Assembly: GCA_035941675.1 (NCBI GenBank)
Contig: DASZDT010000004.1
Location: forward strand, 1,837-65,836
Direction of reading: 5' to 3'
DNA length: 64,000 nucleotides
Source of the DNA: Chthoniobacterales bacterium
GTDB lineage: Bacteria; Verrucomicrobiota; Verrucomicrobiia; Chthoniobacterales; UBA10450
Each line of letters starts with the position of its first letter. Position 1 is the stretch's first letter. Of this stretch, positions 1-9,031 are shown piece after piece. The translations under genes and the position numbers were made by a program. The notes under the pieces were generated by a model, which searched no databases, had not been told where the DNA came from, and worked only from the letters and a program-made list of their open reading frames with translations.

Positions 1-1206
1 ATCTCTATAGCCCAGCACCCGTTCCCAGCCTCCTTCAGGCGAGCCGAGTTGACCGCTCTTGGATGCGATAATCGGTATCGGCCGAAGTCTGAATAAGAGA
101 TCTTTCACGAACTGCTTTGGATCGATAATCGCGCCCGGATCGGCGTGCAGGATTTCTAGCAATTTGCTCCGCAAGGTGTGCACGTCGCGAACTGTGTTCG
201 CGACATCTTCGCCCACCACTTGCTCATTGAACCGGGCCACCCACTCTCGCTCTTTCGCAAAATCCTCCTCGGCCTCTTCCAGGACGGTTCTATCCCACAA
301 TTGCTTTGCGGTAGCATTGATGATCTCCCAAGCCTCAGATAGGCTCAATTCGCCAAAATTTAGTGGCCGTTTACCCAACTCAGAGCACAGCGTAGCAAAT
401 CGCGCGAACGGAAATCCAGAGGTGCCCGACACCGACTGCTTCTGACCGTATTTCCGACACATCAGGCTCGCTACTAATAACGGGCTTAAAACCGTGAAAT
501 CGCGGAAGACTTTTCCGGAACGTGACACGGTAGGTAATAGGCCAAATGTCTGAGCAGCTATCTCCGCCCAGCGATAGCGTAAATTCCTGCGCTGTATCTC
601 GGGTAGATCTTTCTGAACCGCCTCGCTTATCTCAGGCCCAAACACCTCTTGAACGCCAGCCAGTTGGCAGAAGAAGGCAAGGGCTTCCAGTTGTGCCTCT
701 CCGCCAGCCGCCGCCATCCCAAACGGCGTTTGCATCGGGGCGTTGTCCTCGCGCAACCATTCCTTTCGAGAGCGAAGATTCTCGGCGATAAGTTGTATGT
801 TCGCGGACGGTAGTGTAACGCCAAGAACACGTCGCCGAACCGGATCAGCGTAGACGTCCAGTGGACACACCAACGTTTTATCGCCATGAGCTATCTCAGC
901 GAGAATGGGGTCAATGTTTCCATAGATACTTGTGTAAAGTCGTAGGCGAAATGCCCCGTAATTGGTTAGGATCAGGTCTAGAAAATGTCGATGCTCGTGC
1001 CAGACGGAGCTGACTAAGTTGACAGCACGAATTGCCGATCGTTCGTCGCCAATAGTGGAGATAAAATCAATTACTTCAGTCAGATCGCCGAACTGAGCAG
1101 CGTGGACAGCGCGCGCGACCGCCTCTCCCCCCTTCACTCTCGACACCAACTCCGGATCATACCACAAACACAACGTGGCAGGATCGAGCTGGACAACGGG
1201 AATCAT
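1..1206 (-). CDS. hypothetical protein, C-terminus cut by window edge (at least 402 codons), contains an HExxH-like motif (WHEHRHF)
   Basis: Hand translation of the minus strand from ATG at 1206 gives 402 sense codons with no stop down to position 1 (MIPVVQLDPATLCLWYDPELVSRVKGGEAV...NLVSSVWHEHRHFLDLILTNYG...SPEGGWERVLGYRD). It is absent from the ORF track because no stop lies in the window. ATGA overlap with the upstream 120-aa ORF. No family recognised. Confidence 0.6.
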   Translation of the reverse strand, partial: MIPVVQLDPATLCLWYDPELVSRVKGGEAVARAVHAAQFGDLTEVIDFISTIGDERSAIRAVNLVSSVWHEHRHFLDLILTNYGAFRLRLYTSIYGNIDPILAEIAHGDKTLVCPLDVYADPVRRRVLGVTLPSANIQLIAENLRSRKEWLREDNAPMQTPFGMAAAGGEAQLEALAFFCQLAGVQEVFGPEISEAVQKDLPEIQRRNLRYRWAEIAAQTFGLLPTVSRSGKVFRDFTVLSPLLVASLMCRKYGQKQSVSGTSGFPFARFATLCSELGKRPLNFGELSLSEAWEIINATAKQLWDRTVLEEAEEDFAKEREWVARFNEQVVGEDVANTVRDVHTLRSKLLEILHADPGAIIDPKQFVKDLLFRLRPIPIIASKSGQLGSPEGGWERVLGYRD

Positions 1207-1565
1207 CCCTCCACGATTGTCTGAACTTCTGCAGTTGACGTTGTTTGGTCGATCCGTCCCTTTTTGGATCCGGAAAGCGGATCTTTTACGACCAATGATT
1301 CAGTCGGATGCTTCTGCAGAAAAGGCTTAAGCGCGGTAAAGAATGCCACGGCCGCCGCACCGCTCTTAAAAACGAGCGTTGCTAATTCGAGAGCTTGCCT
1401 GATTTCTTCGCCCCCGATTGGGGAGTCAAGCGCATCTGCCGGACTGGTTTTGCTGACGGGCTTAGACGTCTCGATACCGTGTTGCTCGGCAAGCGCGCAG
1501 AGCTCCTTCATCAATCCCGATCCCCCTTCCACCGCTAAAATGGCTTCAGGCATATCCATGGCCAA
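1203..1565 (-). CDS. hypothetical 120-aa protein, translationally coupled to the downstream open-ended ORF
   Basis: ORF-track entry. Its stop overlaps the next ATG (ATGA at 1203-1206). Protein-like composition (MAMDMPEAILAVEGGSGLMKELCALAEQHGIE...). No family recognised. Confidence 0.5.
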   Translation of the reverse strand: MAMDMPEAILAVEGGSGLMKELCALAEQHGIETSKPVSKTSPADALDSPIGGEEIRQALELATLVFKSGAAAVAFFTALKPFLQKHPTESLVVKDPLSGSKKGRIDQTTSTAEVQTIVEG

Positions 1566-1676
1566 CGAATCTACTTACGGATCAAATCTGATCTGCGCAG
1601 CGCCGGCAAGCAAAAACGTGGTTGTTAATGGGAGCCAGTCCTAGCGAACGCACAAGGCGAACTGGTGAAGATGTTC

Positions 1677-1943
1677 CTACGGGTGGGGCCGGCGCGTCTC
1701 GGCAAAAAGGGTTCCGGCGGCATGTGCGAGCGCGGGCGGTTTGATGCCTTCGCCAGCGGCGACTTTCAGCGCCCCTTCAAGTGCAAGCTGAATCTGGCGC
1801 GCGGCTTCTTCGCGGGTCTCGCCATGAGCCATAATGCCGGGCCACTCGACAACCTGGGCGACGTAGCATTCGTCGCCTTTTTCGGCAGAATACCAAATGC
1901 GGATTTCGTAATCGCGAGCGTCGGGCCGCATCGGTGCTTTCAT
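1677..1943 (-). CDS. HicB-like (UPF0150) antitoxin-fold protein
   Basis: DYEIRIWYSAEKGDECYVAQVVEWPGIMAHGETREEAARQIQLALEGAL matches the HicB N-terminal pattern (..Y.a.vpe.pG....GeT.eEA......a). No recognisable HicA next to it. Confidence 0.6.
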   Translation of the reverse strand: MKAPMRPDARDYEIRIWYSAEKGDECYVAQVVEWPGIMAHGETREEAARQIQLALEGALKVAAGEGIKPPALAHAAGTLFAETRRPHP

Positions 1944-2220
1944 GATGGTTTCAGATTCGATCTTTGCAACTCCTGGCGGACTTGTCGGACCTGATACGCC
2001 TTAGCTTTACCGCCGAGGAGACTGGGGTCAGAGCTTACTTTCGGCACTGGTTTCCTCTGCCTGGGCGCGCTATTTGAAGAGTGAGAACGGCTGCTCAAAG
2101 CAGCGGCTCGCGACGCGTTGCTTTTCGGTGGGCAGTTCCCGGATGATCGACCACGTCTTCCGCGGCATCGCGGTAATTTCGTGGCGGCGTCGCGCGTGCG
2201 CCCGATCACTGGCGGCTTCG

Positions 2221-2931
2221 TCATGGATACGACGCTCCTGCCGCGACGAGTTCCGATTCGTGGGCCGGGTTCGCGATGGCTACGACGCGATCCACGAAGA
2301 TGCCGGGCGTGACGATCGACTCGGGGTCCAGCTGGCCCGGCTCAACGATCTCGGCGACTTGGACGATCGTGACCTTGCCCGCCATCGCCATCGGCGGGCC
2401 GAAGTTTCGCGCCGTTTTGTTGTAGAGGATGTTGCCGTGGGTGTCGGCGACCCGCCCCTTGATGAGCGAGAAGTCGGCGCGGAGGCCGTGCTCAAGCAGG
2501 TACTTTCTGCCGCCGAATTCCCGAGATTCCTTGCCTTCCGCCAGCGGCGTTCCCACGGCGGACGGGGTGTAGAACGCCGGGATTCCGGCTCCGCCGGCGC
2601 GGATGCGCTCCGCGAGCGTTCCCTGGGGAACCAATTCCAATTTCGTGCGCCCGCTTCGGTAGAGTTCGGGGAAGACGGTCGAGTTGGCGGTGCGCGGAAA
2701 CGAACAGACGACCTTGGAAACGCGGCCCGCCTTAAGCAGCGCTGCGAGGCCGACCTCGCCGCTGCCGCAGTTGTTGCTGATCATCGTCAGATTCGTGGCG
2801 CCCTGGTCGATCAGCGCGTGGATGAGCTCGACTGGACTGCCCGCTTCGCCGAAACCACCGAACATGATGGTGGCGCCGTCGAAAATGTCCGAGACAGCCT
2901 CGGCCGCACTCGCGACCCGCTTGTCGATCAT
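2221..2931 (-). CDS. 3-oxoacid CoA-transferase, subunit A (ScoA/AtoD type)
   Basis: [43 protein letters not shown] and KGRVADTHGNILYNKTARNF are typical family I CoA-transferase alpha motifs. ATGA overlap with the upstream KamA-like gene. Confidence 0.9.
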   Translation of the reverse strand: MIDKRVASAAEAVSDIFDGATIMFGGFGEAGSPVELIHALIDQGATNLTMISNNCGSGEVGLAALLKAGRVSKVVCSFPRTANSTVFPELYRSGRTKLELVPQGTLAERIRAGGAGIPAFYTPSAVGTPLAEGKESREFGGRKYLLEHGLRADFSLIKGRVADTHGNILYNKTARNFGPPMAMAGKVTIVQVAEIVEPGQLDPESIVTPGIFVDRVVAIANPAHESELVAAGASYP

Positions 2932-4421
2932 GACGCGCCTGCAAGAGCGGCTTGAAGAGCGCCGATACTGGGCGCCTGTCCGGCAGCCGTGGCGTGACCC
3001 GGCGCCTGTCCGGGTTTCGAGACACGTGCGTAGTCATACAAACCGGCCTCGTCGAACAGAACGCGGTCCTCGTAGTCGTCGAACCAAAGCGCCTCGGGGT
3101 TGCGGCCGACGATGCAGACCTTGCCACGGTCGGGGGCGCTGCCGGCGTTCCGAAGAATCTTGAAGATCAAGACGCCATTCTCGCTGCCCGCGAGTCCCGG
3201 TATTCCCTCGTTGGTGACCGCCGCCACTTCGGTCTTGCCTTTGTAATGGGTGATGGAAAGGCGCGCGTGGGTCTCGACGCCCGACAATCCCTTTTGCGAG
3301 GTGTTGAGAATATTCCACGCGCTCTCGATCGGAACGTTGAACTGCTTGTAGGCGATGATGTCGCGCCCGCAGAAGAAGTAGTGGTTATGGCCGCCGGCCC
3401 GCACGAACTCGCGCTGCAGAATGCGGAGAGCGTCCGGGTCATCGTTGATGCCCCTGATGATCGGCGCCTGGTTCTCCACGGTGAGCCAGCCGCGCGAGGC
3501 AAGCCCGCGCATTCCCTCATTCGTCGCGGGGACCCATTGCTTGAAGCCCTGCGCGTCCTCGATGTAGTTTCCTTCCGGATCCTTGGCGAGGAACTCGTCA
3601 GGGTGCTCGAAGTGCAGCATCATATGCAGGCCGACCTGCGGGTAGGTCTCGTGGAACCGATCGAGCATCGACAGGAAGGTGCGGTCGAAGCGCTGGGGAT
3701 AGAATGCCATTTCCTTGGTGCCGATGCGGATCGACTCGACGCCCGCTTCGGCCAGCGCGCCGAGCCAGGCCGCGATCTTCGAATTGTTCAGCACCATCGG
3801 GTCGCCGCCCGACATCAGTATCTCGCGCAGCTTCTCGCGTCCGCTTTCAGGGTGCACGCCGCCGTTCGCCGCCACCTCGGCGTTGTGCTGCTTAATGTAC
3901 GGGATGATCTCGGGGATCAGCGCGAGACCCTTCTTCGCGATGGTGCCATCCTTTCGCCTGATCTCTTTGCGGGCGATCAATTCTTCGCGGTAGCAGAAAC
4001 GGCAATGGGCCGAGCAGGTCGCCACGACATACATGAGTCCCATCTCGTACTTGTGGAGCAGGCCCTCGACGGGGCTGTAGTCCATCTGGTTGCCAGGATC
4101 TTCCGAGCCCGCAAGATCCAGGGTCTCGGCGGGGTCGGCCTTAACGATGCGCTGAATCGCGGCGCTGGTCCTGGCCAGCTCGTAGTAATGGCGCGTGATC
4201 TTCACCGGCATCCGGCTTTCCACGTCACGCTCGGTGCCCTTGAGGACTTGCAGGCGTGTCACCTCGTCCTTGGAGTAGAAGTTGAGCATGTCCTCCGGGG
4301 CCTTCTCGTGGAAGAAGGGGCCGAGCCCACTGATAATTTCCCGCTCATAGCGGGCGTCTTCGACGCTCTCGAGAAACTTCTGCTCGCGTGCGGTGGGGAC
4401 GTAAGGTTGTAGCTGTGTCAT
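2928..4421 (-). CDS. KamA-family radical SAM aminomutase-like protein (lysine 2,3-aminomutase family) with C-terminal extension
   Basis: Radical SAM cluster motif CSAHCRFCYR preceded by GLLHKYEMGLMYVVATCS, then MSGGDPMVL and the IRIGTKE-type region. 497 aa. Confidence 0.85.
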   Translation of the reverse strand: MTQLQPYVPTAREQKFLESVEDARYEREIISGLGPFFHEKAPEDMLNFYSKDEVTRLQVLKGTERDVESRMPVKITRHYYELARTSAAIQRIVKADPAETLDLAGSEDPGNQMDYSPVEGLLHKYEMGLMYVVATCSAHCRFCYREELIARKEIRRKDGTIAKKGLALIPEIIPYIKQHNAEVAANGGVHPESGREKLREILMSGGDPMVLNNSKIAAWLGALAEAGVESIRIGTKEMAFYPQRFDRTFLSMLDRFHETYPQVGLHMMLHFEHPDEFLAKDPEGNYIEDAQGFKQWVPATNEGMRGLASRGWLTVENQAPIIRGINDDPDALRILQREFVRAGGHNHYFFCGRDIIAYKQFNVPIESAWNILNTSQKGLSGVETHARLSITHYKGKTEVAAVTNEGIPGLAGSENGVLIFKILRNAGSAPDRGKVCIVGRNPEALWFDDYEDRVLFDEAGLYDYARVSKPGQAPGHATAAGQAPSIGALQAALAGAS

Positions 4422-4658
4422 CGTTCGGGCTCCATTGCGGGGAAAGAATTAATGTCTATCGATCCGTTCCGCAATTTTACGCCCGGATCCCCATCCTACA
4501 AAAGCATTTTTGGCGAAGGTCGATCGTGCGTCATTTGGAGAATTTGCAGCGCAAAGGCGGCTTCAAAGGATTCATCAACACGCGGTCAGCATCGTCATCG
4601 CGGAGACCGATCCGCGCAAGCAGAAGGCGTAAGCCGCAGTGGTCCGATCAGATTCGCC

Positions 4659-7088
4659 TTATTTGCCTGGGGGCGCCGCGGTGATGGATGAGGCCGCGCC
4701 GCCTGGGGCGGAGTTCGCGCCGAGCTGGCTAAAGAGATTGCCGCCGGTGCCAGCTCCGGCCGCCCAGATAAACATGGTGACGTATTGAGTAAACGATCCA
4801 AAGGTGGAGTCGTATTGAGCGCCCATGGCCGTGATCATGGCAAAGAGCGCCGCGAGAGCGATGGCCGCGTATTCCGTCCATTCCATGATAAACATCCCGC
4901 GTTTGCGGTACTCGGGGTTTGGGACGACGTCCAATCTCACGGGATTTTCGATCGAAATCTCGTCCCCTTTCCAGCGCAGGCTCGCTTTGACCTCGACCGG
5001 GCCCTCTGATGGGAAGTATTGCACTAACGTGAGCCCGTCGGTTTCCGGCGTGCGGACGTCTCCGCCCTTGGGCTGGACACGCCAGCCGACGCGCAACGGG
5101 TGATAGCGGAGGCGGTCGCTTTCCAGATTGGTAGATTCCAGATCGATTTCGACCACATGGTAGGTCTGCGGGTTTTCCTGACTGGCCGGTCTTAGCTCGA
5201 ACTTTTTGTCCGTGGCTTCCTTCTTCAAGAAGTTCCAGACAAGCCTGTCGACCTCGTTAAAAAGATCCTGGGGTGCTGTCTTGCCGCTCGCGTAAGCGGC
5301 CGCGAGATCCTCTGCCCAAGGCCGGTTGCGCTCGCGCCAGAGCAAAATGATTCGCGCCATCGCCTCATCAGAAGTCTTGAGATCGGCCAGCTGGGTCTGG
5401 CCCTTGATCTGGTCTTCCCTGGGCAACGCGTCGTAGAGCGCAGTCAGTTGGGTGCGTAGCGTGGTCCCTCCAGCGAACGCATCGATATCGGGCTTATTCG
5501 GACATTCGCTACCGAGCCGGCGATCGAGCACGGCCTTTTGGTAGGTTTCGTTCATCTTGGAGGGATCGGCCCACGCCTCAGCTTGTTCCAAGAGTTTGGT
5601 CAGGGCAGCCTTTTCCAGCTCGCCGAAGCTTGGGCGTTCGAGGAGATCGGTGGCTTGGCGCAGGGTGCGGCCGATGGCCAATTGCGCCGCGGGCCTGGCG
5701 TCCGCGAACGGCTGAACCTTCAAGCGCACTTCCTGCAACGATTCGAGCGCCCCCAAGCGCAGCTCGGCCCGCTGCCGTTGGTCCTCAATTTCCTTCTCGT
5801 CGAGAATGACGACCATCGTCGACCCGGCCATTCTGGCGAGCCGATTTAAGGCAACCCCGAGCCGCGCAAACCCCAAAGACCCGCCTTCGCTGGGGAATTC
5901 CCATTTCGCTCGAGACACGGATCTACGGGCGAGGTAATCCGCCCGGGCGCGAAGTTCGGCAATTTGCCGCGACAGCTCGCGCGCTCTCCGCGCGCCCACG
6001 ACGTATTTCGAGGTGAACCATCCAAAGATCGACCCGATCAGGATCAGCCCGACTGGGAGACTCCAGTGGTGGCGCACTTGGATCAACAACGGCAGTTTGG
6101 CTTCGGCCGCGTCGTCGGACGCTTCATCCGCGGTGAAACGCAAAGTGCCTGAATATTCGCCGGGCGTGAGCGGCCCGATGCGCGCGGTGAAGGTGCGCCC
6201 CTTGTCCAACGTTACGGCCGTGCCCGGGTCCCGCCGCTCGAGATCGACCCGCTTGTTGTCGTTATCCCAGAAAGAAAGCGCATCGAGCGTGAAGTTAGAC
6301 GAGAGCGCTTTTGTATTCGCCGCCGCCGAAGGCTCGAAGCGAATCCCCAGATGATGATACGGGCCGCTCTCCGATTTGTCGCGGAGCGTCAAAGAGAACG
6401 ACCCGGTAGTATCGGTGCCCGGAATAAAGGGCAATGGCAGCCGAACAAACTTCAACGTTCCCACGGGCTCGACGGCGATGGTGCCGCGACCTCCCGTCGT
6501 GAAAGTGAGGTCCCAATGATGGTGCAAACCGTCCGAAGTGAGGAAGAGCTGCCCTTTGTAAGTCTTGCCGGAGCGGAGCCGGTCGAACTCCAGGGAGAAC
6601 GCGATTTCACCCTTTTTGTCCAACTGGACGGTCGCAGTCTCACTGGCCGCGGATGAGGTCTTTGGGTCGCTTTCACCGGTTCGAATCTTTGCGGCGGCAA
6701 CACCGGGGGGCTGTTCCCCCTGCGACGAAAAAAGGGAAACCCGCAGCTCCCCGCGGTCGTGTCCTCCTGGCGGCACTTCCTTGACCAGAAGGATGAGCGG
6801 CAATGGAGCCCCGAGCGGGGCCGAGGTCGACAGAGCATCATTGTTATCGTTCGCGCCGAGCAGCGTGATCGACGCTAGATCCTGCTTCGGTGGAGTTGCC
6901 TTTGGAGTTGGCGAAGCCGTGGCGGATGGCGCTGGCGTCGAGGTGGCGGATGGCGTTGGCGTTGGCTTCGCCGTCGCCGCGGGCGTGGGCGTGTTGTCCG
7001 CCGGCGGAGTTTGCGACGATACCGGATTTGCCGTGGCGAGGACAGCCAGGCATAAGACAGCCAGATGACGTTTAGGGTTTGGCAACAT
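4659..7088 (-). CDS. large membrane-anchored protein with signal peptide and Pro/Thr-rich linker, function unknown
   Basis: N-terminal signal (LAVLCLAVLATANPVSSQ), PT-rich stretch (TPTPAATAKPTPTPSATSTPAPSATASPTPKATPP), internal TM (WSLPVGLILIGSIFGWFTSKYVV), C-terminal hydrophobic helices. Confidence 0.7.
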   Translation of the reverse strand: MLPNPKRHLAVLCLAVLATANPVSSQTPPADNTPTPAATAKPTPTPSATSTPAPSATASPTPKATPPKQDLASITLLGANDNNDALSTSAPLGAPLPLILLVKEVPPGGHDRGELRVSLFSSQGEQPPGVAAAKIRTGESDPKTSSAASETATVQLDKKGEIAFSLEFDRLRSGKTYKGQLFLTSDGLHHHWDLTFTTGGRGTIAVEPVGTLKFVRLPLPFIPGTDTTGSFSLTLRDKSESGPYHHLGIRFEPSAAANTKALSSNFTLDALSFWDNDNKRVDLERRDPGTAVTLDKGRTFTARIGPLTPGEYSGTLRFTADEASDDAAEAKLPLLIQVRHHWSLPVGLILIGSIFGWFTSKYVVGARRARELSRQIAELRARADYLARRSVSRAKWEFPSEGGSLGFARLGVALNRLARMAGSTMVVILDEKEIEDQRQRAELRLGALESLQEVRLKVQPFADARPAAQLAIGRTLRQATDLLERPSFGELEKAALTKLLEQAEAWADPSKMNETYQKAVLDRRLGSECPNKPDIDAFAGGTTLRTQLTALYDALPREDQIKGQTQLADLKTSDEAMARIILLWRERNRPWAEDLAAAYASGKTAPQDLFNEVDRLVWNFLKKEATDKKFELRPASQENPQTYHVVEIDLESTNLESDRLRYHPLRVGWRVQPKGGDVRTPETDGLTLVQYFPSEGPVEVKASLRWKGDEISIENPVRLDVVPNPEYRKRGMFIMEWTEYAAIALAALFAMITAMGAQYDSTFGSFTQYVTMFIWAAGAGTGGNLFSQLGANSAPGGAASSITAAPPGK

Positions 7089-7249
7089 CAGGGGTTAGAC
7101 CGCTCATCGTAGAGAAAAGGGAAGGACTCGGTCAACCAGGATGCGCCGGCCTGCGCAGCTTCCCATTAGCGTAGCCCAACCCATTAAATTGGGGACGCAG
7201 TTGAACGTCGCGGCAGTGCGGGTGATTGTCAGGCTCTGCGAGGAATTTT

Positions 7250-8488
7250 ATGAACGAACCTGTTTACATCCTCGGCGGCGGCCGAACGGACTTTAAGCGC
7301 AACCTGAAAAAGGAAGGGAAAACCATCCGCGACCTGATCACGGAGTCGGGCCGGAAGGCACTCGACGACGCGAAGATCGACCCGGCGGAAATCGAGGCGG
7401 CGGCGGTGGGCAATTTCAACGCCGGGGGCTTCACCAAGCAACTGCATCTCGGCGCGTTCGTCCCGGAGATCGATCCGAAATTGCACGGCATTCCGACCAT
7501 GCACACGGAAGCGGCCTGCGCTTCCGGTTCGCTCTCGGTCCTGCTCGGCGCGCAATGGATTACCGGCGGCCTGCATGACGTCGTGCTGGTCGTTGGCGCG
7601 GAGCAACAGAAGACAATGTCGTCGCTCGAGGGCGGCGATGTTCTGGGCGCGGCGGCCGATTATCACATCGAGAAACCGGAGTACGGCGACTTCATGTTCC
7701 CGAAACTGTTCGGACGGATCGCCCAGATTTACATCGAAAAATATGGCGCCAGCGCGGACGACCTCGCGGCGGTGGCCTACAAAAATTATGCGCACGCCCG
7801 GCTCAACCCGCTGGCCCAGATGCGCGACGCGAACCTGACTTACGACTACGCTTCCCAGGTCTCGGACAAAAATCCGAGCGTCGCTCCGCCGTTGCGCGTG
7901 ACCGATTGCTCCCAGATCACCGATGGTGGCGCGGCGATCGTGCTCGTCTCAGGCAAATACCTGGACCGCATCGGCCGGGACAAATCGAAGCTGCCGCGGC
8001 TCCTCGGGTTCGGCAGCACGACGGATTATCTGGCGCTGGAAAAGAAAGACGCGCCCACGTTCTCCACCGCGCGGAAAGCCGCGGAGAAAGCGTTCGGGAT
8101 GGCGAACCTGAAGCCGCGCGATATGCACGGCGTGGAAGTTCACGATTGTTTTTCGATCACCGAGATCGTGGCTTACGAAATTCTCGGGCTGGCGGAGCCA
8201 GGCAAAGGCGCGGAGTTGGCCAAGAGCGGCGCGACGGCGTTGCCGCAGGTGCGAGGAGAACACGTGAGCGGCAAGATCGGCTGGGAAATTCCGGTGAACG
8301 TCGGCGGCGGCCTGATCGGCGATGGCCACCCGGTGGGCGCGACCGGTGTGCGCCAGGTTTACGAAGCCCACCAGCAATTGACCGAGCAGGCGGACCAACG
8401 GCAGGTTCCCGGAGCCAAAAAATATCTGACCTTCAACATGGGCGGCAGCCTGACGACGAGCGTCGCCATGATTTGGGGAACGGGCTAG
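7250..8488 (+). CDS. thiolase-family protein (SCP-x / lipid-transfer-type thiolase)
   Basis: VYILGGGRTDF, active-site-like TEAACASGS, C-terminal NVGGGLIGDGHPVGATG. ATG at 7250 preferred over TTG 7226 because GAGGA lies 6 nt upstream. Confidence 0.85.
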   Translation: MNEPVYILGGGRTDFKRNLKKEGKTIRDLITESGRKALDDAKIDPAEIEAAAVGNFNAGGFTKQLHLGAFVPEIDPKLHGIPTMHTEAACASGSLSVLLGAQWITGGLHDVVLVVGAEQQKTMSSLEGGDVLGAAADYHIEKPEYGDFMFPKLFGRIAQIYIEKYGASADDLAAVAYKNYAHARLNPLAQMRDANLTYDYASQVSDKNPSVAPPLRVTDCSQITDGGAAIVLVSGKYLDRIGRDKSKLPRLLGFGSTTDYLALEKKDAPTFSTARKAAEKAFGMANLKPRDMHGVEVHDCFSITEIVAYEILGLAEPGKGAELAKSGATALPQVRGEHVSGKIGWEIPVNVGGGLIGDGHPVGATGVRQVYEAHQQLTEQADQRQVPGAKKYLTFNMGGSLTTSVAMIWGTG

Positions 8489-8530
8489 TCGGCGCGGCTG
8501 TTGAAGCGCGTCGCTCCAACGCGCTAACGA

Positions 8531-8911
8531 CTACGCCGCGTGCGCGCGATCGCGGGCCAGCGCATCCAGATGCGCATGAAGCAGGGAAAGCCGAACCTTC
8601 ACCGCTTCGCAACGCTGGCGTTCCCGAGTGGCATCGCCGTCGGGCAGGTGCTGGCTTTCGTAGGGTCGGCGCGCGGGCTTGAGCGCGTTCTCGACGAACT
8701 CGTTCGCGATCCGGGCGCGCTCCAGGTTCAGCGAGTTCGTCAGTTTCTCGGCCTCGGCGAGGGCGATATCACGGATCGTGGCGTAGGCGCGGATTTCGTC
8801 GGCGATGTAGGTCGACATCGCGTGGCGAGTGGACGACCAGGTCTCTGAAGATTTTGTCCGTTTGAACGTCGGCCGGACAATCGAGCTGCGGGATTTGTGG
8901 GTTGGTTGCAT
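8531..8911 (-). CDS. hypothetical small coiled-coil protein (weak call, start uncertain)
   Basis: ORF-track entry 8531..8962. Only the C-terminal ~95 aa (MSTYIADEIRAYATIRDIALAEAEKLTNSLNLERARIANEF...) look protein-like. No homology recognised. Confidence 0.3.
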   Translation of the reverse strand: MQPTHKSRSSIVRPTFKRTKSSETWSSTRHAMSTYIADEIRAYATIRDIALAEAEKLTNSLNLERARIANEFVENALKPARRPYESQHLPDGDATRERQRCEAVKVRLSLLHAHLDALARDRAHAA

Positions 8912-9031
8912 GGGGGTGAGAAAAAGCAGCTCCTGTACCGGCAATGCCGCCCCGAACGACACGGGATCAGGACTTTAGCGGGTTCGGCGCGTGCCTTGCC
9001 ATTGCGTTCTCTCCCGCTACCATCAGCCTCT

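Noticed and set aside
59-887. Three short track ORFs (59-445 +, 546-791 +, 627-887 -) at the left edge.
   Set aside because: All lie inside, or out of frame with, the uninterrupted 402-codon minus-strand frame, and they have implausible composition.
2952-4412. 486-aa plus-strand ORF antisense to the KamA-like gene. The same pattern appears in many other long ORFs in the track (e.g. 11172-12677, 19760-20935, 21910-22701, 31290-32801, 33690-34835, 40401-41855, 43318-44259, 44668-45558, 47396-48415, 48937-49977, 55660-56808, 57296-58513, 61135-62340).
   Set aside because: These are shadow ORFs typical of GC-rich DNA. Their translations are Arg/Ala/Gly/Pro/His-rich and low in complexity. Each lies opposite a gene with clear family motifs, so the homologous strand was called instead.
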